A DNA stretch of 64,000 nucleotides from assembly GCA_028534125.1 (NCBI GenBank), contig CM052816.1, positions 48,548,001 through 48,612,000 of the forward strand, written 5' to 3'. Below the pieces are notes generated by a model. The model was given only the letters and a program-made list of their open reading frames with translations. It searched no databases and had not been told where the DNA came from. The translations under genes were made by a program, and so were the position numbers. This document shows positions 12,283-24,158 of this stretch, piece by piece. The stretch is from Lama glama. Lineage: Eukaryota. Positions within the stretch are counted from its first letter, which is position 1, and the number at the start of each line of letters is the position of its first letter.

Positions 12283-14688
12283 GATCATAACAGTCTTACC
12301 AAAGTGGGTATAGAGGGAACATATCTCAACATATTAAAAGCTATTTATAACGAACCTACAGCCAGCATAATACTCAACAGTGAAAAGTTAAAAGCCCTCT
12401 CAGTAAAATCTGGAACAAGACAAGTATGCCCAATATCACCACTTCTATTCAACATTGTTTTGGAAGTCCTAGCCACAAAAATCAGACAAGAAAAATAAAT
12501 AAATGGGATCCAAAATGGAAGAGAAGAGGTAAAATTATCACTATATGCAGATGACATGATACTATACATAGAAAACCTCAAAGGCTCCACACAAAAACTA
12601 CTACTAAAGCTGATAAAATAATTTGGCAAGGTAGCAGGATACAAGATTAACATACCGAAATCAGTTGCATTTCTTCACACTAACCATGAAATATCAGAAA
12701 AAGAAAGTAAAGAAACAATCCCTTTTAAAATCACATCCAAAACAATAAAATACTTAGGAGTAAATCTGACCAAGGAGGTGAAAGGCTTATATGCAGAGAA
12801 CTGCAATACACTGATTAAGGAAATTAAAGATCACTTAAAGAAATGGACAGTTATCTCATGCTCTTGCATTGGAAGAATTAATATTGCTAAAATGGCCATA
12901 TTACCCAAAACAATCTATAGATTTAATGTGATCCCTATCAACTTACCCAGGACATTTCTCATAGAACTAGAACAAATAATCCTAAAATTTAAAGGGAATC
13001 AGAAAAGACCCAGAACTGCCAAAGCAGTACTGAAAAAAAGAATGAAACTGGAAGAATAACCCTTCCAGACTTCAGACAATATTACAGAGCTGCAGTAATC
13101 AAGACAGCATGATAGACAATAACAGACACATGGATCAGTGGAACAGAATAGAGAGCCCAGAAATAAACCCACACACCTGCAGTCAATTAATCTTCAACAC
13201 AGGAGGCAAGAATATATAGTGGAGTAAAGACAGTCTCTTCAGCAAGGGGTGTGGGGAAAACTGGACAGCCACATGTAAATCAATGAAGTGAGAACACTTC
13301 TTCATATCATACACAAAAATAAACTCAAAATGGCTTACCAACTTAAACATAAGACGAGACACTATAAACCTCTTTGAGGAAAGCATAAGCAAAACAGTCT
13401 CTGACACAGATCTTAACAATGTTCTCCTAGGGCAGTCTACCCAAGTAATAGAAATAAAAGCAAAAATAAACAAATAGGACCTAACTAAATTTATAAGCTT
13501 ATGGACAGCAAAGGAAACCATAAACAAAATAAAAAAGACAACATTTGGAATGGGAGAAAATATTTGCAAGCGATGAGTCTGACTTACAGCCAACATAATA
13601 CTCAACAATAAAAAGTTGAAAGCCTTCCTGGTTAATTTCCAGAATGTATAAATAACTCATACAACTTAATAACAAAAAACCCCAAACATCCTAATCCAAA
13701 AATGGGCAGAAGTCCTTAACAAGCAATTCTTCGGTGAAAACATACAAATGGCCAATAGGCACACGAAAAAAAAATGCTCAATATTGCTAATTACTAGAAA
13801 AATGCAAATCAAAACTATAGTGATGTATCACCTCACACCAGTCAGAATGGCCCTTATTAAAAAGTCCACAAATGATAAATGCTGGAAAGGACGTGGAGAA
13901 AGGGGAACCCTTCCACACTGTTGGTAGGAATGTAATTTAGTGTAACCATTCTGGGAAACAATATGGAGAGTCCTAAACAAACTAAAACCAGACTTACCAT
14001 ATGATCCAGCAATCCCACTCCTGGGCATATATCCAGAGAGAACTCTAATTTGAAAAGGTACATGCACCCCAATGTTCATAGCAGCACTGTTTACAATAGC
14101 CAAGACATGGAAACAACCTAAATATCCATCGACAGATGACTAGATAAAGAAGTTGTGGTATATATATATATACACAATGGAATACTACTCAGCCATACAC
14201 ATACACAATGGAATACTACTCAGCCATAAAAAGAATAAAATAATGTCATCTGCAGAAAGATGGATGGATTTAGAGATCATCATCTAAGTGAAGTAAGTCA
14301 GAAAGAAAAAGAAAAATACCAATGATATCACTCATATGTGGAACCTAGAAAAAAAAAGGAAAAAGAAAAACACACAAATGCACATATTTACAAAACAAAC
14401 TCACAGACATAGAAAACAAACTATGATTACCTGGGGGAAAGGAGTTGGAAGGGACAGATTGGGAGTTCAAGATTTGCAGATACTAAGTACTATATAGAAA
14501 ATAGTTAAACAACAAGTTTCTTCAGTAAAGCACAGGATACTGTATTTAGTACCTTGGAGTAACCTATAATGAAAAAGAATATGAAAATGAGTATATGTAC
14601 ATATGTATGACTGAAACATGCTATATATCACAAATTGACACATTTTAAACTGACTACTACAATAAAGAAGCAGTACCTGGAATATAAA
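12283..14688 (+). mobile_element. Relatively young 5'-truncated LINE-1 (RT domain to 3' UTR), ORF2 disrupted
   Basis: ORF track 12244-12498 gives '[22 protein letters not shown]'; catalytic YADD encoded at 12544-12555; ORF 12778-13059 gives '[23 protein letters not shown]'; AATAAA at 14661; candidate TSD aaataaaatc at 12273-12282 and 14689-14698. Confidence 0.97.
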
Positions 14689-15849
14689 AAATAAAATCTT
14701 AATAGATTATCAAAGATCCACATGTCAAAGAGGGTGATACAAATTTTAAGAGTGGCATGTAATTTTTCTAAATGTAACCTGAGTATTTTGAAGTTTTAAG
14801 ATATGAATATGTCAGTTCTTCTTGCCCCATATGAGAACTGTGTTGAATAAAAAATGCCTGCCAGTTCTTTGGTAACTTTTCCACTGAGAAATGGTGTCTA
14901 TATCCCCCCTCTTTGAATCTGGGCTGGCTCAAGATTGCTTTGACAAATACAGAATAATGTGAATAATACTAGACAATCCATAACTAGCACTTGTAAGGAC
15001 CACCAGTTTCTGCATTGGTCTCTTAGAGCCCCAAGTTTTGAGTAAGAAGTCTGAATACCCTGTCAAGAAGCCATGGAGAGAGTCCCTGAGACTAAATGGA
15101 GAAAGAAAAAAATGGCTTAAGTCTAGTCTTCCAGGCACCTCTGCCAAGATGCCAGATTCAGCATATGCTAAGATGCCACATATGTAAGTGAAGCCATCAT
15201 ATATTATCTGGAGCAATCTAGCTGCCAACCGAATAACACCCAGTGAAACCAGTTGACACCAAATGTAACTTAAGAATCACCCAGCAGAGTCCTTGCCTAA
15301 TTTCCACCCCACAAAAAAACATGAACTATATTAAAATGTTTGGTGGTTTTGAGGCACCAGATTTGGGAGCAGTTTGTTATTCAGCAATCTAACAGAATTG
15401 GACTATGCTACCAAAATGGTATAATCCCATAATTAAAAGCTAAATTATATGACATTATCTTGAGACAGGATATCAGGCAAAAGTTGGAAGATTCTCAAGG
15501 AGATTGCTGGTAAATACTGGAAGAATCTTTAGTAGAGTATTAGAGGGAAGTGGAACATTATTAGTGAGAACTTGAATGACACTGAGGAAGCTGTGATTGG
15601 GAACTGTAAAAATGGGGACACTACATGCGCTTTAGGGCAAAGTGCATCATTAATGTCACCTGTAATAATGTGGAACATAAAAAGGATACTTTTGGGGCTG
15701 ATGGGTCTGGCTGTGAGTACTTCCAAGTAAAATGCATAATGTACTAACTGGTTTTCCCACGATAAAATATGAAAAGAAAAAGATAAAGAAATGTGAAATA
15801 ACTGCATTTGAAAAGAACTTGGCAAAATATAATAAGCCAGGACTTACTT

Positions 15850-16059
15850 GTGGTAGGAAGAGATAAATTGAAGGTTTAAGATTTACAATGTTAGCCACTA
15901 TATATAAAAATAGATTTTAAAGTTTATTTTGTGTAGCACAGGCAGCTATGTTCAATATTTTGTAATAACCTTTAATGGAAAACAAATATATGTATGTATA
16001 TGCATGGCTGGGACATTGTGCTGTACACCAGAGATTGACACATTGTAATTGACTGTACC

Positions 16060-16107
<48 letters not shown>

Positions 16108-16110
16108 AAC
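15850..16110 (+). mobile_element. Short young LINE-1 3' end with (TAAA)n tail, nested in MLT1-int
   Basis: 'ttagccactatatataaaaatag...gggacattgtgctgtacaccagagattgacacattgtaattgactgtac' then (taaa)n at ~16061-16107. Confidence 0.9.
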
Positions 16111-16197
16111 AAAACTCTTACAAGTCCCCAGTCTCTCCCAGAAAACTAATCTCTGAGAGACATACCGTTTTTAAAATATCAAAACGATTATAGAGCC

Positions 16198-16395
16198 CCT
16201 GACTTAGCAAACTGGTGAATGGGCTGACCATGAATTTTTGTAAATACCTTTTATGCCCATTTTTTACATACTATCCATGGCTGCTGTTTTGCTGCAAAAG
16301 CAGAGTCAAATAGCTGTGACAAAGACTGTATGGCTTACAAGCTTGAAATATTTACTCTCTAGCCCTCTACAAAAAAAAAGATTGCCTACTTTCAA
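16198..16395. mobile_element. MER58-like hAT-Charlie element, nested in MLT1-int
   Basis: 'catggctgctgttttgctgcaaaagcagagtcaaatagctgtgacaaagactgtatggcttacaagcttgaaatatttactctctagccctctacaaaa'; homologous to the copy at 18740. Confidence 0.8.
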
Positions 16396-16736
16396 GGTAC
16401 AAAAAAAACTTTTATGGATGTCAAAGTATGTCTCATATCCTTTCCATTAAGCAATAGGGTTCTAAGAATGTTAAGGATGCAGTTAAATGAGAGTTCACCA
16501 AAGACCCAAACTGTAGAGAAGGCTATTCTGGAAGAGATTTGTAGATGTGGCTTTTATCTAATGTAGTAAACACAAATACAATTCACAGGAAATTTATAAC
16601 ACCTTTAAAATAATTTTACTGATACAAGCACCACTAGTTTGGACTAAAAGAGGGACAATAAAAAATGAAAATAGGTCTTTGGACTCTAAAACTTTTATGA
16701 GTCAGGGTTTTTTAGATTCAAAAATAAAGCCTGTAT

Positions 16737-16891
16737 GGGGTGGCGTGCATAGCTCAGTGGAAAAGCACATGCTTAGCATGCACAAGGTCCTGGGTTCAGT
16801 CTCCAGTAACTCCGTAAAGAACAAAACAAACAAAAAATTCTAACTACCTCTCCCACCCAAAAATAAAATAGATGAATAAAAGATACATTAA
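16737..16891 (+). mobile_element. tRNA-derived SINE (camelid Vic-1-like) with 17-bp TSD
   Basis: Pol III A box 'tagctcagtgg', B-box-like 'gggttcagtctcc', 'gcttagcatgcacaaggtcctggg', A-rich tail; exact TSD aaaaataaagcctgtat at 16720-16736 and 16892-16908. Confidence 0.93.
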
Positions 16892-18739
16892 AAAAATAAA
16901 GCCTGTATGCATTTTCAGTTTCTTCCAGTAAAATATCTCTGTGAGGAAAAGTCCTTTTTTTAAAGACATCAAAAAGATTATAGACCTCTCTGTGGCAAAC
17001 ATGAGCCATTACCAGTGGAAAACAAAGGAAAAGAAAGGAGGAATCAGAAGGTAGAATCAAGAAGCCATTGCACAGAGTAAAGAGCTATAGAGAAGCATTT
17101 CCTGAAACCAAATAGAGCCTTAATAATGGAACTGGTGAAATATTTCCAGCTAGACTGCAGAATTGTTACGAGGCAGTAATGGCTACATGGCATCTTTTTC
17201 TGAATCAGAGTCTCATATCATTATGGTGTGCCTTTTTCATCATTGTATTTTTGGTGTGTGGGAACAAATATCTTCTTACTTCAGTTCTTCTGTTTTCAGA
17301 GTAAGAAAAAAAATGTACTAAAGCTTCCAGAAGCTTCATTTGTACATGGACCTCATTTGGATAATGGGACCCTGGACATCTAACTAATGACCTGATGGAA
17401 TAAGATTGTGAGGGTATTAAGAAGCAGAGGGCATATTTATCATGGGAGACAAATGTAAATGATTTGTGATGAAAGAACACTTCTCATGGATTAAAATATT
17501 TGCAGATATTTTGGCATTTCTCCCATATGATGGGGGGTTTCTCTTCACCTTAAATTTGGGCTAACCTATGAGTTCCTTGGGTATTAGATTATGATGAAAG
17601 TGAAACTATGCCTTTAAAAGCCTGAAAGTTTTCGCGTTGTTTTCTGAGATCCCTAAGTTACCACGAAAGAAGTTTTAACAAGGTTGTAAAATCCTGTCAA
17701 AATGCTCTGTGATAACTGGAGAGAAAAAGTGTCCAGTTAAGTCCAGACTTCTGGTCATCTACCTCAATATATCAGACAGCTCAGTGAAACCATCTTTTAA
17801 CCTCCAGAGCATCTCAGCCACCAGCTTAGTATCATTAAGTGGCAATAGTTATAGTTGTGTGAAACAGGAAGAAGAATCGCTAAGCTGAGTCCTACCTCAA
17901 TTCCTGATTCACAGAATTGTTAGCAATTACTAAATGTTGTTTTCAGCCCTTAGGCTGTGAGATAGTTTGTTATATAAAAATAGATAATAACATTATGGAG
18001 TAAGTAATTTTCATTGCAGTAATTTTAAATAAAGAACATTTTTAAAACCTTGGTTAAAAATTAGGACTAGTGGAAAAACTTTACGCTGCATTTTCATAAG
18101 ACAGGTGGAATCAAACAAAAGACAATAAATCAAACTAGACAAACAAAACACAACTCTCACCTCCACAAATCCAGAAGGGAGTCTGTTCCACCGCAGGACA
18201 CATTTTAAAGTTTATAGCTTTTAAAAATACACACAGACACAAACACCATTTAAGAAAAAAGCCCCTATTTATAACAGAATCAAGTGTAAAATACTGAAGA
18301 ATAAATTTGTCAAGAAGTATATATAACTATAAATCTCAAGGTAACATAAAAGAAAAATAAATGAGTATAAATATTCATTCTTGAGCAATAAGCTTCAGTA
18401 ATTAAATAAATGATTCACTGGAAATATATCATATATAAATAAAATTGAACAAATTATAACTGCATACACTTTTAAATTAATATTCTTATTTAATTAACAG
18501 CCAAATCAGCAAAAGTACATTAACAGCTCTAATAAAAACTCTCCTCTCCTCTTGGTATCTTCCACTCAAAGTGAACCAGCCAAAGGAATTCTATTGCCAA
18601 AGAAGTTTTGCCTGCCTTTTTGAAGTTTATATAAATGGAGTTATTCAAATTGTACTCTTTTCTGTCTCACTTCTTTCCCTCAATATTCTTTCACATTGTT
18701 GCATGCACAAGTTATTTATTATTTCTTATTGCTATAGAA

Positions 18740-18954
18740 CACGGATCAATAAACTATTGCCTCTGGGCCCAATCTAGCCCACTGCCTGTTTTTATAAATA
18801 AAATATGAGCACAGCAAAGGCTCATTTGTTTACATGTTACCTCTGCTTTTATGCTACAATGGCAGAGTTTTGTAGTGGCAGTAAGGACAGTGTGCTCCAT
18901 TAAGCTAAAGATATTTACACTTTGGCCTATTAAAGAAAAAGCTTTTGATCCCTG
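18740..18954. mobile_element. MER58A hAT-Charlie element, full length
   Basis: Imperfect TIRs 'cacggatcaataaact' and 'agcttttgatccctg'; 8-bp TSD-like ctatagaa (18732-18739) and ctacagag (18955-18962); internal 'gcccactgcctgtttttataaataaa'. Confidence 0.9.
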
Positions 18955-19287
18955 CTACAGAGGTATCCATTGTATAAATAAATCTTATTTTATTTATCAC
19001 TCTAAGCTATGTGAACAACGCTTGGGTTATTTTCAGTATTTGACTATTACTGATCATGCTTTTATTAACAATCCTGATCTTGTCTTTTGTTAAACATTTC
19101 TGTGAGGTATGTACCAGGGAGAGGGATTGTAGTCAAGCAGTTTTCCAAAATGGGAATGGTAATAGGTAGTAAGGACCACACTGTACCCACCACGAGTTTA
19201 TGAAAGTTCTAGTTACTCTGTAGCCTGCCCAACAGTAGGCATTCTTAGTTTTTTATCTTTAATTTTAGCTATTCTATTAGAAGTGTA

Positions 19288-20323
19288 TTTAATTGTGTTT
19301 CTTCCCCCTTGTAGATATAGTATTATAATCATATTGAAATAATACAAAACAAATACACCCCTAATATCAGAGGTAAAATATCTTATGGAAGCATCTCTAT
19401 ACATCATGTATTGACTAAAATTGGGCAGTCATGGCATATTTAAAAAAAAAACTAGGTTTATCTTTATGATTTGTAAAACTTCCCAAGGATATATTTAGTT
19501 CTATTTGATTACAATCACAGTGTTACACTGAATGTCATTTCCATGGAATACGTGGAAAGGGACATAGAAACATCAGTTTTATTGTTACATATTTTGATTT
19601 AAAAAGTTAGGTTGATAATTTTTTAACCAGCTTGGAATATTTCAGTCACTCTTTCCATTCTTAATAACATCATTTCCCTTTCCATTGTCACTGTCTGTAC
19701 CCCTGTTTTTATTTTCCTAAACCCCAAGACTGTGGGCACACTGTGTCTTTGCATAGCCCTGCTGGTTATAAAATCATTTTCATGTTAGCAGCCCTCCCTA
19801 TTTAGCCCACGGTGTCTTTCTCAGTGTCTCTTCAGTGGCACCCTTCCTTCCATTTTTGGTGATTCTTGATAATCCTCCTTCTGGAGACACTGTCATAAAC
19901 AGCAGTTTATAAGATGCTGTTGTGCAATTCTTTTGAAATGACATTTTAAAGGATTGGATTGAGAGATTACTTAAAAATGTTACAAAACAACAACGTTAAA
20001 TTATAATCTGGGAATATTCTGTGTTTATTTAAATGATTCTGCCAATATAGATAAGGAACCAGTAAACTAAAGATGTCACTATCAGGAATCATGTGGTCTG
20101 CCAGTGACCCTTATACCCTCTGGAGGCACAAGGGCTTCACAAAAGCCCCGACTCCACCTCAGCTTCCAGCAAATAAACTCATAGAGATGACAAGGCACAG
20201 GAGAGTCAGGAATAAGTAGACATTCATGACCCACAGCAGGACATGTAGCCCATCCAGCTGCACCTTGCTTTGCCTGCACATCAGTGTTAAAGAGCACTGC
20301 AGCAGCCGTGGCATTACTCTCCC
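19288..20323 (-). other. Unidentified ~1 kb insertion inside an old L1; candidate decayed processed retrocopy
   Basis: L1 sequence stops at ~19287 and resumes in register at ~20324; on the minus strand the insert runs GC-richer to AT-rich and ends with ATTAAA (19293-19288); parent not recognised. Confidence 0.4.
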
Positions 20324-20908
20324 AGTGGTGGATCTCTTTAAAATTTTAACTTGAAATTTCATAGTAAGTACTAACTTTAAGAATATTTTAACATGTTTAT
20401 TTTCCATTTGTAAACCTTCTTTTATGAACTGTCTATTAAATCATTGTACCATTTCTCTATTGAGTAGTGTTTTTATACTTATTTGTAGGATTTGTTGTTA
20501 TATTCCAGATGCCATGTCTTTTTCTGGTTATGTGCATTACAAATATTGTGTCCAAGTCTGTAGCTTGCCTTTTAACTCTTTAAATATTGTATTTTGAAGA
20601 ACTGAGTTTTTAATTTTAAAGAATTGTAAATTGTTAGTATTTTATCTTATAGTTGCTCATTTTGCTTAAGAAATTTTGTGATTTCAACAAAATATTCTTC
20701 TAGTCCTCCTTTAGAAGATTAGTGTTTTATATTTCATATTTATTTCTGTCCTACATGGAATACATTTTTGTAAGGTGTGAGGTAATGCTCTAGATTCATT
20801 TTTGCCATGTGAATATCCAATTGATCCAGCAATATTAATAGAAAATATATTATTTTCCAACTATACTACAGAGTTTCCTTTCATAAGACAAAGAACCATA
20901 CATATGCA

Positions 20909-21325
20909 TTGTCTATGCCCAATAAGCCTAAAACCACCAGGGATAAATTTGGAGACTGACAAATCAGGTTTATTGACCCATGGCATTGCAGCGGAGTGCA
21001 CCCCAGAGGAATGGTGGAGCATATGATCAAACAAAGGAAAAGATAGAGACATTGTAAGATTTGAAGGACAGATGAAATTTAGGAGACTTTTCAATAAAGA
21101 ACGGTATGAAAGGCTCAAATAAAAGAAGAATACTGGGTAAAGGTGTCAGTATCAATTATAAAATACAAAATAGACCCAGGAAGCTATTTCATTGTAAACT
21201 ACAAGATTAATATTGTTCTGAAAACTGTCCAGGATCTTTTATCTAAGACTCTGAACCAATGTTTTAATTCACGAATCCTTTTCTGTGCCAGAGTGACTTA
21301 GATTCTCAAAGCAAGAGTGGACTGT
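20909..21325 (-). mobile_element. Old ERV LTR-like fragment, family not assigned
   Basis: Starts 'tgtct'; 'aatcaggtttattgacc..cacccca..ggaatggtggagcat..caaacaaaggaaaagatagag' resembles the antisense of old LTRs (AATAAA on the minus strand). Confidence 0.45.
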
Positions 21326-21384
21326 TTCATTCCTTTTTTTTTTTCTTTTTTAGTTCCATCCAGCATTCAACCATCACTTTTTTA

Positions 21385-22413
21385 TTCCAATTTTTTAAAA
21401 AATCAAACAAAATTTTAGAACGATTTTAGGATCACAGCAAAGTTGAGGAGAAAGTACATAGATTTCTCATATGCTCCCTACTCCCATATGCACAGCCTCT
21501 CTCGTTATCAACAGCCCCCACCAGAGTGGTACAACTGATGAACCTATACTGATACATTATAATCATCCAAAGTCCAAAATTTACATTACAGTTTACTTTT
21601 GATGTTGTACATTCTATGGGTTTGAACAGATGCACGTATATATCATTATGGTAGCATACCAAACATTTTTATTGCCCTAAAAATCCTCTGTGCTTTGCCT
21701 GTTCACCTCTTACTTCCCCCCATATCTCTGGCAACTGCTGATCTTTTTGCTGCTTCAATAGTTTTGCCTTTTCTAGAAGGTCATATAGTTAAAATCACCC
21801 AGTATTTAGCCTTTTCATATTGGCTTTTTTCACTTAGTAATATGCATTTACGATTCTTCCATGTCTTTTCATGACTTGATAGCTCATTTATTTTTAGTTC
21901 TGAATAATATTCCATTATCTGGATTTATTAGTTTATTTATCCATTCATGTAATGAAGGGTGCTTCAATTGCTTCCAGTTTTGTCATTTATAAATAAAGCA
22001 ACTAAAAACATTTGTGCATAGGTTTTTGTATAGCTATAACTTTTTAACTCCTTTGAGTAGATACCAAAGTGTATGATTGCTGGCAAGAGTATGTTTAGTT
22101 TTGTAAGAAACTGCCAAACTGTCTTCAAAAGTGACTCTATTTTACATTCCCACCAGCAATGGATCAATGTTGCTCCACATTCTTACTAGCACTTAATATT
22201 GTCAGTGTTCTTGATTTTGGCCATTCTAATAGGTCTGTAGTGGTATCCCATTGTTGTTTTAATTTGCATTTCCTAATTTGCATTTCCATGACATAAGATA
22301 TAGAGTATCTTTTCATATGTTTATTTGCCATATGTGTATCTTCTTTGGTGAGGTATTTGTTATGATCTTTGGCCCATTTTTGAATCATATTATTTGTTTT
22401 CTTATTGTTGAAT
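21385..22413 (-). mobile_element. LINE-1 3' end (L1MC1-like)
   Basis: 'ccccaccagagtggtacaactgatgaacctatactgatacattataatcatccaaagtcc', 'gttttgtaagaaactgccaaactgtcttc'; ORFs 21964-22167 and 22164-22481 translate as ORF2 C-terminal remnants. Confidence 0.92.
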
Positions 22414-23162
22414 TTATTTGATGCATAAAATAATGGAAGTGAAGGCTGTTTTATTCCTATGAATATAATTTCAAATATCACGTTTTCTGATAGTCTATGA
22501 TATTAGAGAACAAACTCTTTCCACAACTTAGAATACATTTGGCATTTAAAGAAGGAAATTTTAATAATAACAAATGCAGCAAATTCTTGGGGAAAATATT
22601 GTTCCCTATAAACCTACACTTTGATTTATCTGTCTCTGTTATTCTAGCTCAGTGATTGACTTTTCAATCCAATCTAAATTTCCTTTCTTGGTGGTCCTAA
22701 TAATGGTCTCTATTATTTTTTTATTAGTTTACTTTCCCATCCTTGCACCAATACCACAATGTCTTAATATACTTTTCCAATATTACTGTCCAACCTTTGT
22801 TATAAGTCCTACAAGAAATTGTTAACATTTTCACTTTTAAAATTCAATTATATTTTCTGTTTCTTGCGTGTTTTATTTCTTCCTTCTTGACCTCTCAATA
22901 ATACATATGCAGCAATAGACAGATCACATTCAACATATTCAAGTATGTAGGGAAAAATATTTTAAACTCTTCTGTGAAGACTATAATTTGGATCATATTA
23001 TCTTCATAAATAGGCATTTGCTAGCAAAATTGATATAATTCTGATATACTGTAGTTAAAGGCAGATATTAACAGTATCTGATAGCATCTGTATCTGATTC
23101 AGAGGTAGTTCATTCCCAATATCTTAGTTTATAGATTCATAATATTTAAAATAAATAGAACA

Positions 23163-24158
23163 TTTATCTTCAAAAAAAGAAACAACAAAAAAAAACCCCA
23201 AACAACCCAATCAAAAAATGGACAGAAGACTTTAATAGACATTTCTCCAAAGAAGACATATAGATGGCCAACAGGCACATGAAAAGATACTCAATATTGC
23301 TAATTATTAGAGAAATGCATATCAAAACTACAAGGTATCACTTTACACCAGTCAGAATGGCCATCATTAAAAAGTCTACAAATAATAAATCATAGAGGGG
23401 GTATGGAGAATAGGAACCTTCCTACACTGTTGGTGGGAATGTAAATTGGTACAGCCATGATGGAGAACAGTATGGAGGTTCCTTAAAAAAACTAAAAATA
23501 GAGTTACCATATGACCCAGCAATCCAACTCCTGGGCACATATCCGGAGAACAGATACATGCACCCTAATGTTTATAGCAGCACTATTTACAATAGCCAAG
23601 TCATGGATAGTGTCCATCAACAGATGAATGGATAAAGAAGATATAATATCTATCTATTTTATATATAAACATATATATGCATAATGGAATGTTTACTCAG
23701 CCATAAGAAAGAATGAAACAATGCCATTTGCAGCAACATGGATGGACCTAGAGATTATTATACTAAGTGAAATAAGTCAGACAGAAGAGATAAATATCAT
23801 ATGCTAGAACTTATATGTGGAATCTAAAAGATGATATACATGAATTTATGTACAAAATAGAAATAGACTCACAGGCATAGAAAACAAATTTATGGTTACC
23901 AAAGGGGAGAGGAGCAGGGGAGGGATAAATTAGGAATATGAGGTTAGCAAATACAAACTGCCATATATAAAATAGATAAAAAAACAAGATCCTACTGTAC
24001 AGTACTGTATAGCATAGGGAACTATATTCAATATCATAATAAACTATAAAAGAAAAAGAACATTATATATGTAACTGAATCACATTCCTATGTGCTAGAG
24101 ACTACACAATGTTGTAAATCAACTATACTTTAATAAAAAAATTTAAGCCTCCCCAAAT
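23163..24158 (+). mobile_element. 5'-truncated LINE-1 3' end with TSD
   Basis: Canonical L1 3' sequence ending 'aaatcaactatactttaataaaaaa'; TSD aaataaatagaaca at 23149-23162 and 24159-24172. Confidence 0.95.

Larger units (their letters stand above)
14839..17992 (+). mobile_element. Two-LTR MaLR element (MLT1G/H-like): 5' LTR ~14839-15394, internal ~15395-17480, 3' LTR ~17481-17992
   Basis: Both LTRs open with the MLT1G/H pattern ('ccactgagaaatggtgtctatatccccc..tttgaatctgggctggc' and 'ctcccatatgatgggggg..ccttaaatttgggctaacc') and close with 'gtttgttat..caat..aaca'; the intervening sequence looks like MLT1-int. Confidence 0.7.
18420..20905 (-). mobile_element. Ancient LINE-1 (L1ME-like) 3' region, interrupted by MER58 (18740-18954) and by a ~1 kb unidentified insert (19288-20323)
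   Basis: 'ttttgcctgccttttt..tttatataaatggagttattc', 'ttgggttattttcagtatttgactattac', 'ttttagctattctatt', resuming at 'gtggtggatctc..ttttaacttg' and 'attacaaatattgtgtccaagtctgtagcttgccttttaactc'. Confidence 0.8.

Noticed and set aside
12244..13059. ORFs with reverse transcriptase motifs as an active or novel RT system
   Set aside because: They are ordinary L1 ORF2 fragments with in-frame stops and frameshifts in a 5'-truncated element
13183..13608. 141-aa minus-strand ORF
   Set aside because: Antisense reading of L1 ORF2
16737..16815. tRNA gene
   Set aside because: The tRNA-like head belongs to a SINE with an A-rich tail and a 17-bp TSD
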